Assembly (NCBI GenBank): GCA_014729725.1
Contig: WJJL01000045.1
Coordinates: forward strand, 1-56,555
DNA from: Candidatus Moraniibacteriota bacterium
Lineage (GTDB): Bacteria; Patescibacteriota; Minisyncoccia; CAIUEV01; JAHKAQ01
Direction of reading: 5' to 3'
DNA length: 56,555 nt
The translations under genes and the position numbers were made by a program. Below are positions 54,259 through 56,555 of the stretch, piece after piece (positions within the stretch are counted from its first letter, which is position 1; every line of letters begins with the position of its first letter). Below the pieces are notes generated by a model. It made no database searches. It saw only the letters and a list, made by a program, of their open reading frames with translations, and was not told the origin of the DNA.

Positions 54259-55325
54259 TGTTTTCTGTTTATCATAAAATCGGCGCAATTCAAAAAGAAA
54301 TTCCTGGAATCAGCATTCATTGAGGAATTAGAAATCGCTTTTACCGCCTTTTTATAATAGCTTTTTTTTAAATTTTCACAATATTCAAGCGCTCCGGTTT
54401 TTTCGGCGATTTCTTTAAAATTTTGCAACTGTGCTTTACTTAAGCGAGATTTAAAAAAAAGATTCTCAATAAACTTCTTGTCTTTTGGGGAAGCCTTTTC
54501 CAGTATTTTTAGCAAAAGCAGGGTTTTTTTACCTTTCTTAATATCGGCTCCCATTTCCTTGCCAATCTTGTTTTTATCACTGTAAATTCCAATCAAATCG
54601 TCATGAATTTGAAAAGCGATACCGATATTTTTAGCGTATTGAGCTAAGACTCTTTTTTGATTCAAAGGAGCTTGAGCTAAAACAGCCCCTATCATTAAAG
54701 GAGTCTGAAAAGTATATTCAGCGGTTTTTAGTTGGTAAATCTTTAAAATTTCATCAAAGGCCAGATTTTGCTCAAAATCGCTTTTAACATCTTTAATTTG
54801 TCCCAAAACCGTGTTTTTAAAAGCTTTCAAAAACAATTTTAAAGCCTCTAATTTTAAATTTTCTTTAAACGAGCTTTTCAAAATTATTTTAACAGCTATG
54901 GAAAAGCTTATATCAGAGGCCAAAACCGCTAAAGACTCTCCGGTTTTTTGAGATTTTTTTTTGGGTAATTCAGACAATATTTCTTCATAGATCTTATGGA
55001 CAGCCGGACCGCCTCTTCTAACCAAATCATCATCCATTATGTCATCTTGGATTAATAGACAGGTGTGCAAAAACTCCATTGATAAAGCGCAATTGACAAT
55101 AGCTTTGACATCTTTGCCTTGGCAGGCGACATATCCCCAATACATCAAACTTGATCTGATCCTTTTCCCTCCTCTTAAAATAAAGGTTTCTAAAATCTTT
55201 AAATTTTCCTTATAGTCCTTGTCGGGGTTTTTGGCTTTTTCGAATTCTTTTCCAAACCACTCTTCCAGTTCCTTGTCAAAAAGCTTTTTCATTTGGATAA
55301 TGTCTTTTTCAAAATAATAAGTCAT
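54255..55325 (-). CDS. Polyprenyl diphosphate synthase (GGPP/FPP synthase family)
   Basis: First and second aspartate-rich motifs LIQDDIMDDD and FQIHDDLIG. Confidence 0.9.
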   Translation of the reverse strand: MTYYFEKDIIQMKKLFDKELEEWFGKEFEKAKNPDKDYKENLKILETFILRGGKRIRSSLMYWGYVACQGKDVKAIVNCALSMEFLHTCLLIQDDIMDDDLVRRGGPAVHKIYEEILSELPKKKSQKTGESLAVLASDISFSIAVKIILKSSFKENLKLEALKLFLKAFKNTVLGQIKDVKSDFEQNLAFDEILKIYQLKTAEYTFQTPLMIGAVLAQAPLNQKRVLAQYAKNIGIAFQIHDDLIGIYSDKNKIGKEMGADIKKGKKTLLLLKILEKASPKDKKFIENLFFKSRLSKAQLQNFKEIAEKTGALEYCENLKKSYYKKAVKAISNSSMNADSRNFFLNCADFMINRKQ

Positions 55326-55350
55326 AAATGAAATTTAAATTTAAAGACAT

Positions 55351-56220
55351 TTAAGACAATCGCTTAAGTTTATGACAGATTAAAATATTTTCCAGCAACA
55401 TTGCCACGGTCATAGGCCCGACACCGCCCGGCACCGGGGTAATAAAAGCGCTTTTTGACTTCACATCGTCAAAATTCACATCTCCGACAAGTTTTCCCTT
55501 CACTCTATTAATTCCAACATCGATCACAAAAGCCCCCTTTTTTACCATATCTTTTTTTATAAAATTGGGAATACCAACGGCGGTCACAAGTATATCGGCT
55601 TTTTTAGTAAATTGTTTCAGGTTTTTGGTTTTACTGTGACAAACACTTACAGTAGCATCTTGACTTAAAAGCAATCGAGCCATAGGTTTACCCGCAATAT
55701 TGGATCTGCCCACAATAACAGCATTTTTTGATTCAATATCAAAATTAAAATGTTTCAATAAATACAAACAGCCTTTGGGGGTACAAGGAGCCAATTTATC
55801 TACTTGGAATTTATTTAAAAACAAATTGCCGAAATTGAAAGGATGTAGGCAGTCCACATCTTTTGCCGGATCCATTCGAGAAATTATCGCGTTTTCATCG
55901 ATCGCGCGAGGAAGAGGGAGTTGAACCAAAATACCGGTAACATTTTTATCCCAATTGAGCTTTTGGATTGTTTTTGTTAAAACGCAGTCTTTGGAATCTA
56001 TTGTTTTGCAGGCTTCCCGGGGAGAAATTTTAATCAATTCAAAATCTATTCCCGCTTCCACACAAGCCTTTTCTTTCATTTTAACATAAACAACCGAAGC
56101 CGGATCGTCGGAAACTAAAATAACAGCCAATTTAAGCTTCTTATCAAGCTTTTTAAGCTTTTTTTTAACATTTTGCCGAATTTGGGCGGCAATTTCTTTG
56201 CCATTGACAGTTTTTGTCAT
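55351..56220 (-). CDS. folD: Bifunctional methylenetetrahydrofolate dehydrogenase/methenyl-THF cyclohydrolase
   Basis: VQLPLP, GRSNIAGKPMA, PGGVGPMTVAML. Confidence 0.95.
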   Translation of the reverse strand: MTKTVNGKEIAAQIRQNVKKKLKKLDKKLKLAVILVSDDPASVVYVKMKEKACVEAGIDFELIKISPREACKTIDSKDCVLTKTIQKLNWDKNVTGILVQLPLPRAIDENAIISRMDPAKDVDCLHPFNFGNLFLNKFQVDKLAPCTPKGCLYLLKHFNFDIESKNAVIVGRSNIAGKPMARLLLSQDATVSVCHSKTKNLKQFTKKADILVTAVGIPNFIKKDMVKKGAFVIDVGINRVKGKLVGDVNFDDVKSKSAFITPVPGGVGPMTVAMLLENILICHKLKRLS

Positions 56221-56448
56221 TTTATTAAATTATTTTGAATTATTAAACCAATGGTTTTTCCAAAACGGTCATTGTCAATTGATCTATTAATTTATAAGTA
56301 GTGCCAACAATTTATCTTAAAAACAAACCGCAATAAGTATAATTATGAAAAAAAACTTTATTTAAACCACTGAATAAAAATAAACTCAAGCTTATCACTG
56401 TTATAATCATACTATATACTTATATAGATAAATATTGCAAACAAAATA

Positions 56449-56555
56449 TTTTCAAAAAGTAGAAATTGAATATTGAAATTGAGAAGGGGGTGATTAAGAT
56501 GAAAGAAGATCTACAAAAGTAGAAATTGAATATTGAAATTGAGAAAGGACAACTA
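56449..56555 (-). CRISPR. Distal end of a CRISPR array with Cas12a (type V-A)-like repeats; partial, continues past the right edge
   Basis: The 31-nt core AAAAGTAGAAATTGAATATTGAAATTGAGAA occurs at 56455-56485 and 56515-56545 (period 60). The minus-strand repeat reads TTCTCAATTTCAATATTCAATTTCTACTTTTGTAGAT. The copy nearest folD has lost the GTAGAT arm, as terminal repeats often do. The spacer between the copies is about 23-24 nt (56486-56508). Confidence 0.55.

Noticed and set aside
56221-56454. Reading the AT-rich region between folD and the first repeat as the CRISPR leader (plus-strand array)
   Set aside because: Only the minus-strand orientation gives the AATTTCTAC-TTTT-GTAGAT repeat end. 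The folD-proximal copy is the degenerate one, which fits the distal end of the array rather than the leader end.

Overview
AT-rich, tightly packed bacterial chromosome segment (about one third G+C or less by eye). Native genes almost never have a Shine-Dalgarno sequence. The gene content looks like a Candidate Phyla Radiation / Patescibacteria-type genome: small housekeeping genes, many envelope glycosyltransferases, LCP, DUF4012, PMT-type GT-C enzymes and a partial MEP pathway. I call about 50 CDS. These include aspS, rsmA, dnaB, pcrA, pyk, miaA, metG, tatD, dxs, ispD, ispH, folD, a GalT/PfkB/GT4 sugar cluster and a GT-C/DUF4012/Wzz-like envelope cluster. I also call 2 tRNAs (Thr-CGU, Leu-UAG), a T-box leader in front of aspS, several terminators, and a recurring promoter-like intergenic element. 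The right edge carries the last repeat-spacer units of a minus-strand CRISPR array whose repeat ends in the Cas12a-type AATTTCTAC-TTTT-GTAGAT hairpin. The clear outlier is 430-2226. This is a compositionally foreign island of about 1.8 kb with two small, roughly 50% G+C genes: a 139-aa orphan and an 81-aa protein with four DnaJ-type CxxCxGxG zinc-finger motifs. Each gene has its own TTGACA-17-TATACT promoter, strong SD and intrinsic terminator. Each is enclosed in long inverted repeats belonging to a repeated structured-palindrome grammar (ATTTAAC-N14-GAAGTT-hairpin-AATTTGGG-variable region-closing arm-GTTRRRY) whose ends resemble integron attC R boxes. No recombinase, transposase or reverse transcriptase is visible in the window, so the mobilisation or folding mechanism is unknown. 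This is my best candidate for a previously undescribed system. A chimeric, contaminant or engineered insert must also be excluded.
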